DNA of 64,000 bases, taken from positions 4,712,001 through 4,776,000 of the forward strand of contig CM106586.1 of the NCBI GenBank assembly GCA_048013815.1, given 5' to 3'. Source of the DNA: Setoptus koraiensis. Lineage: Eukaryota > Animalia > Arthropoda. Position 1 is the stretch's first letter. Each line of letters begins with the position of its first letter. The position numbers and the translations under genes were made by a program. Below are positions 63,427 to 64,000 of the stretch, one piece after another. The notes under the pieces were generated by a model, which saw only the letters and a list, made by a program, of their open reading frames with translations, did no database searches and was not told where the DNA came from.

Positions 63427-64000
63427 TGACGCGGCGTGACAGTCACTGTGCAATTGGGGCCCCTTTGTGGACCCTGTGCGGGCCAAAAGCCAGAGCACAC
63501 AATGAAACCTGTCAGGCGCACATGCATATTGATGGCATTGTCATTTATGTTTATATTATTATCATTACGCTCTCACTATAAATACAAATGTATATTTTGG
63601 CGCCACTAAACTTGTCTCAATATCCAGCTATCTGTCTATGCGGCAACAACAATAGACATTTAGTATGACACAAACAATAAGCTACACGGGCCTACACAAA
63701 CGGGCCGACATTTATCAAACTTTGAATTGTCTGAATTGTTGCTCGCTCGGGCCCCAAAGTCGGGGGGCGCCTGAAGTTTGGGGCCCAGGGCCAAAATTCA
63801 GACGCCGGCAATTGGAAACAATTATGGCAAATGGGCAAATGGGTATCCCGTAATCTATTACCCATAATCTATTATCGTCTGGCCTGGCGCTGTCGCTGTC
63901 GCTGTCGCTAGTGCAGCAGACACGACACAGCGACATTACCGTCCATTTATTCGTTTGTATCCGTTTGTATCCGCTTGTATCCGTTTGTATCTGTCCGTAT

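Overview
Eukaryotic (arthropod, most likely acariform mite) genomic DNA. It is saturated with CAA/GTT and CA/TG microsatellites and short-period minisatellites, and nearly all ORF-track entries are repeat artefacts. The taxonomic call is inference from a chelicerate-type cuticle protein, short introns and repeat style. Four protein genes are well supported after splicing: (1) a 2-exon RR-motif cuticle protein (+, 4646-5828) with TATA box and polyA signal; (2) a 3-exon, about 1283-aa uncharacterised protein with four copies of one domain (-, 18763-11543); (3) a single-coding-exon 1560-aa MGCxxSK protein with a divergent adenylate-kinase-like P-loop domain split by low-complexity inserts (+, 23171-27853); (4) a 92-aa two-exon membrane microprotein (+, 29477-29878). 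A frameshifted fragment of an ITCH/WWP/Su(dx)-type HECT E3 ligase lies at 2743-2957 (-) between two diverged direct repeats. From about 32 kb onward there is no recognisable coding sequence, only weak exon candidates. The distal part (41-64 kb) is strongly enriched for GGGCCC, and TTACGTAA and 10-bp-period minisatellites recur across the window. No tRNA, rRNA, CRISPR array or transposase/RT ORF was seen. All homology calls are from recalled motifs, not database searches.
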